The notes beneath the pieces were generated by a model. It saw only the letters and a program-made list of their open reading frames with translations, made no database searches and had not been told where the DNA came from. Below, one piece after another: positions 19,419 to 28,709 of a DNA stretch of 63,437 nucleotides (the stretch's first letter is position 1; each line of letters starts with the position of its first letter). A program made the translations under genes and the position numbers. The DNA comes from a virus: positions 1 to 63,437 of the IMG/VR virus record IMGVR_UViG_3300033407_000011. One strand, 5' to 3'.

Positions 19419-21844
19419 GCTGGCTTCCTCGGTTGTGTTTTGGGTTGCGCCTTGCGGATACTGCCGACGGCGGCACGCAAATCCGCAAGTGAGCCCATGA
19501 CGCTATTCAGTTCACTCTCGTTTTCACGCTGGATTTCGGCAATGCGCACATCCTTATCAATGTTCATCCGGGTCTTTTTAAGTTCGGTCTCCATTTTGGC
19601 CGCGATTTCCTGCTGGCGGTTGGCGAGTTTGACCTGCAGTTGCTCGATTTTACCGTTGAGGGTGCGGATCGTGTCCTCTATCTCGGCGGCGAATTGCTGG
19701 CTTTCTGCATCCTGTCCGCCCTCAGCCCGGATTTCCTGCAACTTCTGCGCGGCCTCGGCGGCCAGCTTCTGGGCTTCGGCCTGCAATTTGGCGACTTTAG
19801 CTTCCTGTTCCGCCACTTGCGCCTGGGTCATGCGCATCTGCAGTTCCTGCGCCATGTCATTGGTCTCCTGGATGGCTTGTTTTTGTTCCGGCGTCAGGTC
19901 GTCCTCGTCCACGTTCTCAACCCCCAGGTGCTTGCGCACCAGATCAGCGGCCTCACGCCGGCGCGGCATATCGGTCGTTTCCAGGTAGAAGGGGATCAGC
20001 AGGGCTTGCAGTTGCGGATCCAGCCCTTTCATCACTTCGGCCAGCATGGTCTGGAGTTGGGTACGGTAGGCCGGGGTGCTGGTGATTTCGGCCAGGGTCA
20101 CCTTGAAACGGGTCTTCGATACGTCATTTTCAAGGTATTGAATGTTGGTCTCAGGATCCACGGCGGGCTTGTTCAGGATGATGGTCTTGCGTTTGGCGCC
20201 GTGGCCGTCGATCAGCACTTCCACCGGCTGCCCGATCAAGTCCTGGCGCACCTGATCCATGAGCCGTTGCCCCACGCTTTGGCGTGAAAAGCCATAATTA
20301 TCGTTGATCTCGGCCAGTACCGTAGTGCTCTGCTCAATGAGCGAGTTAATGGCGATACCGGACTTGGCCTGGCCTTTCTCGTTACCCAGCATGGCATTGA
20401 AGATGCCCTTGACCTTCTGCAGGTCGTCCATGTTCTGGATCATCATCTTAAATTGTGCGTCTGCAAGTTGCAGATTATCGTCCACCTTGATCCCATGTTC
20501 TTTGTTTTGCCGGTTTGGGTTCAACACAATGGCGGCATCAGCGCGGGCAAGCTCCGCCAGCACGTCGGCAAAGCTGTTCACGGACTTGTCCAGCGCATCA
20601 CTGTCCATAAACAAGCGTTTGGCTGAAAGTAACCACAGCATCTTCTGCGCCCGGGCGTTCACTTCGTCCTGCGGGCTTAACATAGAGCGAATGAGCCCGT
20701 AGGGTACCCCGGTCAAGTCTTCGCGGTAGCCCCAGAACGGCACATACGGCAGATAGCGGCGCTCCGTGGCGCGATCACTGAGTTGATGCGGACCGGCCCA
20801 GAAGCTGCGCCGTAGCTTGGTATAAACGGCAGGGCGCGGCTTCACCATGCCGTTGGCGAGTAATGCCTGGTGCATTGGCTTGTTCAAATCCACTTCCACC
20901 ACTTCACCGTTTGGCAGCGTCATGACGTGCCCACGCACGAACCGGCGATACCAGACTTCAAAAATACAAATGCGCCGGTCAATGGCATTGCGCCACTCCC
21001 ATTCATCGAGACTCGTGCGCAGTTCCTGATCAAAGGATTGCCCCAGGGCATTGGCGCCTTCGAGCCCCGGACGCAGGGAGAATTCCAGCGGCCAGCCATC
21101 GCCAGCACTGCGCAGTAATTCAGCTTTGCCCGGGAAGAAAATGGCGGCTTGGTCAATATCAAACCAGCGCCGGCGCACCAGGTAGCGGGCGTCCTGCAAT
21201 TCGGCATCGCGGGCGGACCAGTCCCAGTAGATTTCGCGGCGGTGAATATTGTCCACCTTATGCGGATACCCGAACGGATCCCAGTTGCGCACCACTTCTA
21301 CCCAGCCCAGCCCAGCCTTGACCTGATGGGCGAACGCATCACTGTTGGCGCGGTCGGCGCGGGACTCACGCTCGGCCTCATAAAGTTTCTGGCTCAAGCC
21401 TTCGGCGGCATTTTGATGGGCGTCGGTATCACCCACTACCCGCCAGTCAGTGCGGGTCTTGGCCTCCATGCCCAGCACCACATCAATGGTTGGCTGGATC
21501 AGGTTCTTGATGATGGGATAGATCCCCCGGCGTTTGAGTTCGTCCAGCGTGTCCTGGTCCAGTTGGTTATTGTCGTAGTAGTCGCAACAGCGATCCGATT
21601 CCGTGCGCCAGTCCGGCTGCCACTGGATTTCCTCGATAAACCGGTTGAATTCCAGAAAGGTCAGTGCCTGTGGGTCTTCTTTGGAGCGGGCTTCACCGGA
21701 CTCCTGGGCAGTCAGGATATCCACCACCTGGCTGGATCCATCAGGCATGAGTTGTTTATCGGGTGCCACGTAGGCATTACGGATCCCGATGCGTGGATCT
21801 ACGGACAGCCCGGACACATCTTCATACGGTTCGCGGTCTTGCAT
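19415..21844 (-). CDS. portal protein
   Basis: About 809 aa from ATG 21844 (the listed 21847 start is TTG). It lies downstream of terL. The long C-terminal coiled region (AQVAEQEAKVAKLQAEAQKLAAEAAQKLQE) resembles barrel-bearing podovirus portals. Confidence 0.75.
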   Translation of the reverse strand: MQDREPYEDVSGLSVDPRIGIRNAYVAPDKQLMPDGSSQVVDILTAQESGEARSKEDPQALTFLEFNRFIEEIQWQPDWRTESDRCCDYYDNNQLDQDTLDELKRRGIYPIIKNLIQPTIDVVLGMEAKTRTDWRVVGDTDAHQNAAEGLSQKLYEAERESRADRANSDAFAHQVKAGLGWVEVVRNWDPFGYPHKVDNIHRREIYWDWSARDAELQDARYLVRRRWFDIDQAAIFFPGKAELLRSAGDGWPLEFSLRPGLEGANALGQSFDQELRTSLDEWEWRNAIDRRICIFEVWYRRFVRGHVMTLPNGEVVEVDLNKPMHQALLANGMVKPRPAVYTKLRRSFWAGPHQLSDRATERRYLPYVPFWGYREDLTGVPYGLIRSMLSPQDEVNARAQKMLWLLSAKRLFMDSDALDKSVNSFADVLAELARADAAIVLNPNRQNKEHGIKVDDNLQLADAQFKMMIQNMDDLQKVKGIFNAMLGNEKGQAKSGIAINSLIEQSTTVLAEINDNYGFSRQSVGQRLMDQVRQDLIGQPVEVLIDGHGAKRKTIILNKPAVDPETNIQYLENDVSKTRFKVTLAEITSTPAYRTQLQTMLAEVMKGLDPQLQALLIPFYLETTDMPRRREAADLVRKHLGVENVDEDDLTPEQKQAIQETNDMAQELQMRMTQAQVAEQEAKVAKLQAEAQKLAAEAAQKLQEIRAEGGQDAESQQFAAEIEDTIRTLNGKIEQLQVKLANRQQEIAAKMETELKKTRMNIDKDVRIAEIQRENESELNSVMGSLADLRAAVGSIRKAQPKTQPRKPA

Positions 21845-21899
21845 CAATCACCCCTCATTTGCTCTGAAGTGTAATATAAATTTGTTGGTTTGTAATATT

Positions 21900-22604
21900 T
21901 CATCGCCACTGCTCTTTCACCCAGGGGATATTCATATCCGGTGTGTGCGGTCCATGGAAACTGATGATCCGGGCATTCTCCGGGAGTTCCTGCCAGGTCT
22001 CACTCAGATTGGCTTGTGGCCCAGCCCCCAGAAAATGATCCAGGTAACTGTATATTCCGTCCTGTGCGTCCCAGTAATGCGGGTAATCCTCACCCAGATG
22101 GCGGCTGACAATGGCTTGGTCGGTGCCGCTCCAGCCTGCTTGCCGGGCCAGCGCCTTCTCGATTTCCGGCTGATCTTTAAATGCGCGATAGATGTGATCC
22201 ATGCACCCGGCATCCATCAGCATGATAGAGGTGTTGAATACCCAGGGCCGGCTCATGCACGGTGAACGCCAGATTTTAAAGGGGACATCCGTATCCACCA
22301 CCGGCACGATGTCACGGACAATGACCAGATCAATATCCAGCACCAGTAAACGGCTGCCAACCTCAAACCCGCCAAAGCCACGGGCCAATGCCCGCAACTT
22401 GCTGTAATTATGCCGGTGCAGGGCATCGGGTGCGAATTCACGGCCCAAGCGCTGGGTGGGTATGCCTTCTAACCCATCCACCCGGTCAGTGAAGCACCAG
22501 AAGGTATGTGGCCAATCCAAGTGCCGTTCCAGCATGGCTTGCAGCCGGTAAACATAATATTCCGGGTACTTGTCCCCCCAGAAGAAACAGACGACGTTCA
22601 GCAT
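21900..22604 (-). CDS. nucleotide-sugar glycosyltransferase-like protein (GT-A, DxD)
   Basis: 234 aa. N-terminal VVCFFWGDKYPEYYVYRL and LLVLDIDLVIV (DxD) are typical of small phage GT-A transferases. Confidence 0.5.
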   Translation of the reverse strand: MLNVVCFFWGDKYPEYYVYRLQAMLERHLDWPHTFWCFTDRVDGLEGIPTQRLGREFAPDALHRHNYSKLRALARGFGGFEVGSRLLVLDIDLVIVRDIVPVVDTDVPFKIWRSPCMSRPWVFNTSIMLMDAGCMDHIYRAFKDQPEIEKALARQAGWSGTDQAIVSRHLGEDYPHYWDAQDGIYSYLDHFLGAGPQANLSETWQELPENARIISFHGPHTPDMNIPWVKEQWR

Positions 22605-22607
22605 GGC

Positions 22608-23879
22608 TCAGACCTCAATCCGGATAAAGGAATGCTGCTCATTGTGGACGACATGCTCCCAGTGTTGCCACGCCTTAACGGTAAAATGTTCTGCCACAAA
22701 GGTCAGGTATTCCTGCGGTTGCCGAAACCGCATGTGATAGGTATGCCTGCGGCTGGTCTGGCTGTTTTCATAGAGCGCCAGGGTAAACCCGGCTGCCCTG
22801 ATGGCCGCCAGCGCCTGGAATATCCCGGCGACAATGTAATCGGAATTATGCTGGAGCACGTTCACGGTAAAAAACTGCTCAAACCCGGGCATCACTTCCC
22901 CCGGCAACAGATCGTCTGCGACCTGATAGCGGTAGTCTGGGTGACTCACCCGGGCGATATCAATGAATTCACGGGTAATGTCCACCCCCAGATAACGCTC
23001 TGGCCGGAACAAGTGGCTGTACAGGCCAGTCCCACAGCCATAATCCAGCGTCACCTTGCTGGTGTCCAGATAGCCCAGGATAAAGTCTTGCTTTTCCGCC
23101 AATAACCGGTGTTGCACATTTTCGGCCAAGCCGCCATACCCCACGGCGATCTCTTTCTGGCTGGCATACCGATCCACCCAGTATTGCCGGAGGTTCTGCA
23201 TCAGCAATCCCCCCGCCCGGTTCGCTTTATTACCTGCTTCTCCGGAAATGTCACCGCGCCAGGTTGACTGGTAGTGTTCCGCCGTGTGCAGGAGGCCAGG
23301 AACTACCAGAAAGCGGGTCTTGCCATCGGCCTGGTTGACTTTCATCGCGGACAAGGCAATATCAATTTTACTGCCCTGGCTATTGGCCGGGGTCGGGAAA
23401 GGGTGCATGGGTGTCATCGGGAACCAGCGGTTCCAAACCTTACGTCGCGCCGTCAGTTGCGTGAAGCGTGAGGAATGCTTGATCGGGTATCCGTTCACAT
23501 GGCTGAACGCGGTATGTTCCGGTGCGTCAAAGCCGGTAATGAAGTCGGCAGCGTCAATGTGCGCCAATTGTTGTTCCAGCCAGCCCGGATAGAACTCCAC
23601 ATCATCCTGAAATTCACACACGATCCCGGCATCACTGCATTGCAAGGCCATATTAAACCTCGGAATCAGCCCCATGCGTTTCCTGGCCTTGGGTAATAGC
23701 CGGATCTTGGGGAACTGGGATTGCAGGGAGCGCAGGTATTGGCTGGTGGTATCCGTGGAACCGTCGTTGGAAATAATCACCTGGCACACCTGATCCAGAT
23801 TGGTATGCGCCAGAAAGCTGTCCATCGTGCGTTGCAGCAGACCCACCCGGTTATACGTCGTCACAATGATATCGATCAT
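22608..23879 (-). CDS. fusion of family-2 glycosyltransferase and SAM-dependent methyltransferase
   Basis: The N-terminus MIDIIVTTYNRVGLLQRTMDSFLAHT...ISNDGSTD is the GT2 signature. The C-terminal half has LDYGCGTGLYSHLF (SAM motif I) and GVDITREFIDIAR. Confidence 0.7.
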   Translation of the reverse strand: MIDIIVTTYNRVGLLQRTMDSFLAHTNLDQVCQVIISNDGSTDTTSQYLRSLQSQFPKIRLLPKARKRMGLIPRFNMALQCSDAGIVCEFQDDVEFYPGWLEQQLAHIDAADFITGFDAPEHTAFSHVNGYPIKHSSRFTQLTARRKVWNRWFPMTPMHPFPTPANSQGSKIDIALSAMKVNQADGKTRFLVVPGLLHTAEHYQSTWRGDISGEAGNKANRAGGLLMQNLRQYWVDRYASQKEIAVGYGGLAENVQHRLLAEKQDFILGYLDTSKVTLDYGCGTGLYSHLFRPERYLGVDITREFIDIARVSHPDYRYQVADDLLPGEVMPGFEQFFTVNVLQHNSDYIVAGIFQALAAIRAAGFTLALYENSQTSRRHTYHMRFRQPQEYLTFVAEHFTVKAWQHWEHVVHNEQHSFIRIEV

Positions 23880-24445
23880 GGGTGCCTCGGCAATAACAGC
23901 AACCCGTCCAGCCCCACCAATTGATACTCATGCGTGTCCCGGAAAACAGCCAGATACGCCGCGAAGGTTTTGTCAAACATCAGGTGGCGGGGTTGCAGGT
24001 TCCGGCTGCCGATGTCCCCGCGCACCGGGTTGTCCTCGCTCTGGATGACGCGCAAATCATCACAAATGATAATATCCTGCGCATAACCAGGCTTGCGCTG
24101 ACGGATGACTTTCAGTTCCTCGTATAGTGGGAATTTGTTGCTGTCGCTTTCGATAATGCTGTTATCATACTGAGTCGGATAATGGGCATCCAGCCAGAAC
24201 ACGGCTTGGCCGGTAATCCCCGGGCAAATATCCAGCAAAAACGTCAACGAGTCCTGGTGCCGGAGGATCGCCTGCGGGAACAGCTTTTTACAATGCTTCA
24301 CGTACTTCCCGGAGATATCGCAGGCATAGAGATCAGTGAAATAGGCTTGCGCTGTACTGAGTCCTTCCCCCAGAAAACAGCCGGTTTCCACAAATACGGT
24401 ATGCGGTCCGGCCAGATACTGCGCATATTCGGCTAGTTGTCCCAT
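23876..24445 (-). CDS. class I methyltransferase-like protein (putative)
   Basis: 189 aa. VFVETGCFLGEGLS is a glycine-rich loop resembling SAM motif I. ATGA-coupled to the upstream gene. Confidence 0.4.
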   Translation of the reverse strand: MGQLAEYAQYLAGPHTVFVETGCFLGEGLSTAQAYFTDLYACDISGKYVKHCKKLFPQAILRHQDSLTFLLDICPGITGQAVFWLDAHYPTQYDNSIIESDSNKFPLYEELKVIRQRKPGYAQDIIICDDLRVIQSEDNPVRGDIGSRNLQPRHLMFDKTFAAYLAVFRDTHEYQLVGLDGLLLLPRHP

Positions 24446-25242
24446 AACAGCCCTTCAATCGCTGCAATCACAATGTCAGGTGGAATGTCCCGGCACGCCC
24501 AGCCGCAGACGCTTTTCTGTTCCAGCCAGTACAAGGGCGCGGTGAGTTGACACGGCTGACACGGCAGATCGGTACACAACGGCACCGCACTCTGATGAAA
24601 CACCGGGTCATAGTTCTTGTCCCTATCCGTCATGGTAAAGAGCACCACCACCGGTACCCCGAAGACACACGCCGCATGATAGAGGCCAGTATCGTTGGCC
24701 ACCACCAGCTTGGCACGGCGTATCAGCCCCAGCGTTTCCAGCAACCCGATACCGGTACAATCGTGGGTGCCTGGCAGGTATTCGTCCGGCAGACCCACCG
24801 AGGCTATCTGCAGGTGGCCGAAATGTTTAATGACTGCGGCCCAGTGTGGCCAGGACTTGACCGCCCAATCCGTCGCATTCTTCCCCTTCTGATAGCCGTT
24901 ACACAGCACGATATCAAACACATCCCCAGTGTCCTGATAACCGCAGAACCCGGTGCGATCCGTATCTTTTGGGTATTCACAGCCCACCTTCCGCAGATTC
25001 AGCATGACTTCTGACACACCCCCCAGGCGCTTAAACTCCGTGGGGACTGCGCCATGGTAAACAGGTTTCTCGCCTAATGGTATTTTTACCATGACCGGCC
25101 AGCCACGATACACCGCCCGTACCGGCTCCAGATACTTCTGGTGCGTGATTATCGTCACTTGGGATCGTTTGGACAGATACTTCACGGCTGGCGTGGTTTG
25201 CAGGATGTTACCCAGCCCGTACTGCGTCTGGTAATACAGCAT
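24433..25242 (-). CDS. family-9 glycosyltransferase (heptosyltransferase-like)
   Basis: 269 aa. LGNILQTTPAVKYL at the N-terminus and VANDTGLYHAACVFGVPVVVLF match the GT9 consensus (nDsGpmHlAaA.g.P.v.lFG). Confidence 0.65.
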   Translation of the reverse strand: MLYYQTQYGLGNILQTTPAVKYLSKRSQVTIITHQKYLEPVRAVYRGWPVMVKIPLGEKPVYHGAVPTEFKRLGGVSEVMLNLRKVGCEYPKDTDRTGFCGYQDTGDVFDIVLCNGYQKGKNATDWAVKSWPHWAAVIKHFGHLQIASVGLPDEYLPGTHDCTGIGLLETLGLIRRAKLVVANDTGLYHAACVFGVPVVVLFTMTDRDKNYDPVFHQSAVPLCTDLPCQPCQLTAPLYWLEQKSVCGWACRDIPPDIVIAAIEGLLWDN

Positions 25243-25496
25243 CAGCTATGCAGCCGTGGGTTCTGGCACTGCGCACAAACCAGCTTCTTGTTGTCGTGGA
25301 TCATCAGCGTCGCTTGGGACAGGAGTTCATGCGCCGCACACCGGCACACCCCTGAGCAGCCATACGTTACCATGCCTGAGTCATCGGCCATAATGACCAG
25401 CACCGAGCGCACCCCGGGCAATTGCGCCAGGTGATCGGCGTTCTTAACGGCAATATCGATCAGTATGGTCGTATTGGGCTCAGTCGTTGCGGTCAT
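25242..25496 (-). CDS. hypothetical Cys-containing small protein
   Basis: 84-aa ORF between terL and the GT9 gene. Confidence 0.5.
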   Translation of the reverse strand: MTATTEPNTTILIDIAVKNADHLAQLPGVRSVLVIMADDSGMVTYGCSGVCRCAAHELLSQATLMIHDNKKLVCAQCQNPRLHS

Positions 25497-25520
25497 TCAA
25501 TGGCTCCACGTGGAACAATA

Positions 25521-27059
25521 CTACAAAACTCTGGGGTTCGTGATACGGTCGTGCTTGATGGCGCCGCTCTTTAAATTCGGGCTGATGTTGATGGCAAAGG
25601 TCAACCCCACCGCATCCAGCCGGTTCGGGCTCTTGATGCCCTTGCTGCGCATGGTCTTTTTCGGGGTCAGCACGATCCGGCTACTGGAGTCGTAGGAAAA
25701 CGTCCGCGATATGGTTTCGCTGCGCAAGATGGGATCATCCGGTATTTCGCACGGCTCATCACTCAGCCACTCGCGGAAGCGGCCTATCATTTCATCACAC
25801 ACACGCATGTAGATGTGTTCATCCACCGCCCGTTCGCCCACCATCACCCGGTTGACCGGATAGCCGCGTTCACGTAACCGGTCGGCCACACCACTGCCAA
25901 TGCCAGTCGCATCCACATTAATGGCATCCGGTTCCCAACGGTCAGCTTCCAAGGCCACCCAGCCCACCAGTTCCATGGTATTCAGCCCATGCCTGCCAGC
26001 GACTCTGGGCACTCTGCGGCCTTGGCGGAAAGCCAGCGCGGCCTCATCTTCCACGCCATCGCTCGGATCCAGCCCCATAATCTTCGGCCCCCGGTTCTCG
26101 ATCAGTTCGCCTTTGGGGATGACAGCGCGATTGATCAGCTTGGCCGGGATCAGGGTCTGGCCTGTCACCCGCATGAAGGCTATCTCAGGGGTTGCCGGGT
26201 ATTCCTGATCAAAGAAGTTGATATCGCCCCGGAAGTCAGGACCGTCAATCTTGGCGCGACGCCAGACCAGGTGCTCCATGGTGCAGCCACGGTGCGCGTA
26301 GTTGTCCAGGTAGTCGATTTCTTCCGGTGTCGGTGCCCAGTCTTCGGGAATAGGCCGCCTATAATCAGGATCCCAGAACCACGGCACAAAGACCGCGATA
26401 TAGTCTCCCTTACTACGTATGGCATCTTCCCAGATGTAATAGAACTCGTTGTCCATGCCATTGCCAGTGCTTTCCAGGATGATTTCTGTCCCCGGGATGT
26501 TGGGGACAATTTGCCCCAAGGCCGCCATGTGATCGCGGGCTTGTGCCCAATAGGCTACCTCTGAACCATGGAAAAACTGGGCAGTCGCACTGCGGCCTGT
26601 GTCCTTGGCGCCCGCTGTGGCCACCAGATAACCGCTGTCCAGATCCCGGAAACTCAACTCCTTGGCATTGGCCTTCTTCGTGGCTGGTCGCAGCTCGTGC
26701 GGGCAATGGTTATGAAACCGCTCCACCATCTCAAAGATGTTGTTGGTCGCCTTGTCCTCATGCGTCAGGATAAAGGCTTTCTTGCCCATTTCCCCGGAGA
26801 CACGCCAGTAAAACCGGCCTTCGGTGTAAGTGCTGACCCCTTGTTGCCTGCCTTTCAGGACCAGGGCCCGCACCCAGCCCTTATCACTATACTGTGCCTC
26901 GATTTTGTTATGGATATAGAGTTGGGCTTTATTGGGATGAAACGCCCGTAATGGGCCTTCTCTGGGCCGGACCCAGAGACACCGTGGGGCGTAATACAAG
27001 AAATCACGCCGGAAGTGGATGAGATCAGCGAACTTGGGGCTGACCTGGACGCTACTCAT
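25521..27059 (-). CDS. terL: terminase large subunit
   Basis: 512 aa. The N-terminal ATPase region (LVLKGRQQGVSTY, Walker A-like) and a C-terminal nuclease-type region. ATGA-coupled to the upstream small ORF. Confidence 0.8.
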   Translation of the reverse strand: MSSVQVSPKFADLIHFRRDFLYYAPRCLWVRPREGPLRAFHPNKAQLYIHNKIEAQYSDKGWVRALVLKGRQQGVSTYTEGRFYWRVSGEMGKKAFILTHEDKATNNIFEMVERFHNHCPHELRPATKKANAKELSFRDLDSGYLVATAGAKDTGRSATAQFFHGSEVAYWAQARDHMAALGQIVPNIPGTEIILESTGNGMDNEFYYIWEDAIRSKGDYIAVFVPWFWDPDYRRPIPEDWAPTPEEIDYLDNYAHRGCTMEHLVWRRAKIDGPDFRGDINFFDQEYPATPEIAFMRVTGQTLIPAKLINRAVIPKGELIENRGPKIMGLDPSDGVEDEAALAFRQGRRVPRVAGRHGLNTMELVGWVALEADRWEPDAINVDATGIGSGVADRLRERGYPVNRVMVGERAVDEHIYMRVCDEMIGRFREWLSDEPCEIPDDPILRSETISRTFSYDSSSRIVLTPKKTMRSKGIKSPNRLDAVGLTFAINISPNLKSGAIKHDRITNPRVL

Positions 27060-27244
27060 TGGATAAATCCTTTCTCAGCAGACCAGATCTCAGTGGTGTC
27101 AGGGTCAGGATCGGCGTCTGGGTTACATTGACACGGCATCCCGGGCGCACCACAGCACCCATCACCACTTTGCCAGGCAGCAAGCGGGTGCCTCTCGCAA
27201 ACCCAACCTTCTCCGTGGCATACCAAACAGTCAGAATCTATCAC
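27056..27244 (-). CDS. small Cys-rich (zinc-ribbon-like) protein
   Basis: 62 aa with a GTG start. Contains CLVCHGEGWVC...CCGAPGMPCQC. Confidence 0.45.
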   Translation of the reverse strand: MIDSDCLVCHGEGWVCERHPLAAWQSGDGCCGAPGMPCQCNPDADPDPDTTEIWSAEKGFIQ

Positions 27245-27497
27245 GCAACCTCCGGATCATGCCCCCCAGACCACGCCGATCCACCACCTTGGCACCCAAC
27301 GCGATGGCTTGGGCGCGTTTGGTCAGGCAGATGTCATAGTGTGGTGTGCTTTTGGGTTGGAAATAATGGCGCTTCATGCCAATGGCTCTGGCCATGGCGT
27401 GCAACTCCTGCAGGTCGTCGGCCAACAGGTGACACAGCACATATTGCCGTAGCCCGCGCTTGATCAGGTGCCGGCTGGAATCCACGTAAACCGTCAT
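27231..27497 (-). CDS. DUF4031-like protein
   Basis: 88 aa. MTVYVD...LCHLLADDLQELHAMARAIGMKRHYFQ...HYDICLTKRAQAIALGA matches my recollection of the DUF4031 pattern. Confidence 0.6.
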   Translation of the reverse strand: MTVYVDSSRHLIKRGLRQYVLCHLLADDLQELHAMARAIGMKRHYFQPKSTPHYDICLTKRAQAIALGAKVVDRRGLGGMIRRLRDRF

Positions 27498-27571
27498 TTC
27501 TCGGCCATATCAATGCCTTGCCTATGTTCGTCCAGTGCAATGGCGGTCATTTTTCGCGGTCTTTTTTCCAT
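27494..27571 (-). CDS. 25-codon micro-ORF (MEKRPRKMTAIALDEHRQGIDMAEK), speculative
   Basis: ATG 27571..27569. The TGA forms an ATGA overlap with the DUF4031-like start. No clear RBS. Confidence 0.25.
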   Translation of the reverse strand: MEKRPRKMTAIALDEHRQGIDMAEK

Positions 27572-27573
27572 GT

Positions 27574-27633
27574 TGCGGTGCGATTTACTCATATTTGCGT
27601 AAATTTACTCAATTTTGCGTAAATTTACTCAAT
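27574..27633. repeat. tandem 20-bp repeats (two perfect copies plus one degenerate) at the terS stop
   Basis: TTTGCGTAAATTTACTCAAT occurs at 27594..27613 and 27614..27633. A degenerate copy with core ATTTACTCA lies at 27574..27593. The last copy contains the terS TGA. Confidence 0.85.
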
Positions 27634-28393
27634 GCACTCGCGGTGGTTTAGACTGGCTGTTTTCCTGTCCCTTTCCAGTAGTCTTCCCGGATGGTTCCTG
27701 TATTACGGTATAATCACCCTCCAAGATCCGGCCAGAGGCATCCGCCAAGGGGGTATTCATCAGGGCTTTCAGGCGTTCCTCATAGGTCAACTCAGTGCCT
27801 TCGCCACTGTCCTCGCGTAAACCAAAGGCTTGGCGCTCCAGTTTGACCAGGCGTTCGATGCTGCGGCTCAAGGTCTCCAGAATGTTGGCATCTTCACCCA
27901 AGCCCAGCAGTTTCATCATGGCCTGTAACTTCTTCTTGTCCAGTTTACCGTCCTGGTCGCCTTGCGCCATTTCCCGGGCGATCTCCATCAAATGCCCAGT
28001 GTGAATGCACTTGGTTTCGAGCCCGGACAGCAAGTTTTCCACGGTGGCGCGTAAACGGGCAATAATTTGGCGATGCTTGAGTACAATCTCGACCTGTATA
28101 TTACTGTTGGCCTCAATAATCTCGGTTTCAGTGGGATCCGGTACGTCCTTGGTCACTGTCTTGGTCACCAATGCCTTGGTCACTAATGCTTCTGTGCGCT
28201 GTTTGATGCGTTCGGACAGATCACGATCCCAGCCAAAACGCTTGGCACGCTTGAGAATATAAGGATGTCCGATGTGATCTTCCCGTGGTTTATTGTGGTT
28301 ATGTGCCTCGGCAATCTGGCGCACAGTCACAATGCCAGCCCGGTAATGCTTCTCGATAAACTCCCAGTCAATATTCTTACGCTTGGCGGCCAT
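27629..28393 (-). CDS. terS: terminase small subunit (putative)
   Basis: 254 aa. An N-terminal HTH-like segment (IDWEFIEKHYRAGIVTVRQIAEAHN...ILKRAKRFGWDRDL) and a helical oligomerisation-like centre. Located upstream of terL. Confidence 0.6.
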   Translation of the reverse strand: MAAKRKNIDWEFIEKHYRAGIVTVRQIAEAHNHNKPREDHIGHPYILKRAKRFGWDRDLSERIKQRTEALVTKALVTKTVTKDVPDPTETEIIEANSNIQVEIVLKHRQIIARLRATVENLLSGLETKCIHTGHLMEIAREMAQGDQDGKLDKKKLQAMMKLLGLGEDANILETLSRSIERLVKLERQAFGLREDSGEGTELTYEERLKALMNTPLADASGRILEGDYTVIQEPSGKTTGKGQENSQSKPPRVH

Positions 28394-28583
28394 AGATTAC
28401 ATAAATTACCTGTAATGCGTCCTCAATAGTCTCAACCTTATGAATTGTACCACGCCAGTCCCGGTGAAATTCAACTTGGGCTGGTGTCAGCTTGCGTTTA
28501 CACTGTGGACGGTGACTGTTTTTAACCTCCAACAGGTAATTCTTGCCCGCCAGGCCAACTACCAGATCCGGGAAGCCCTCTGA
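28377..28583 (-). pseudogene. N-terminally truncated VRR-NUC / PD-(D/E)xK nuclease relic
   Basis: An open 68-codon frame with no ATG, bounded upstream by TAA. It reads SEGFPDLVVGLAGKNYLLEVKNSH...LTPAQVEFHRDWRGTIHKVETIEDAL (the GxPDL...EVK motif). The N-terminal third of the domain is missing. Confidence 0.45.
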
Positions 28584-28612
28584 TTATCGTCGGTACGCTT
28601 TCTCACGGGGAG

Positions 28613-28649
28613 GGAAAGTGTCAACAGCGTGCTATTGACACTTTTTTCC
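28613..28649. other. AT-rich hairpin between the early and packaging genes
   Basis: GGAAAGTGTCAA, a 10-nt loop, then TTGACACTTTTTTCC. The T-run follows on the plus strand, but only minus-strand genes flank it. Confidence 0.3.
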
Positions 28650-28709
28650 GTTTGCGATCACTGCGGCGGCGCTGGTAATGGTGGCGGCGTGCCGGTTGGG
28701 GTTCGCGGT

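Noticed and set aside
27574-27633. Tandem 20-bp repeats as a CRISPR array
   Set aside because: There are only two perfect copies plus one degenerate copy. They are directly abutting with no spacers and overlap a stop codon. No cas genes are present.
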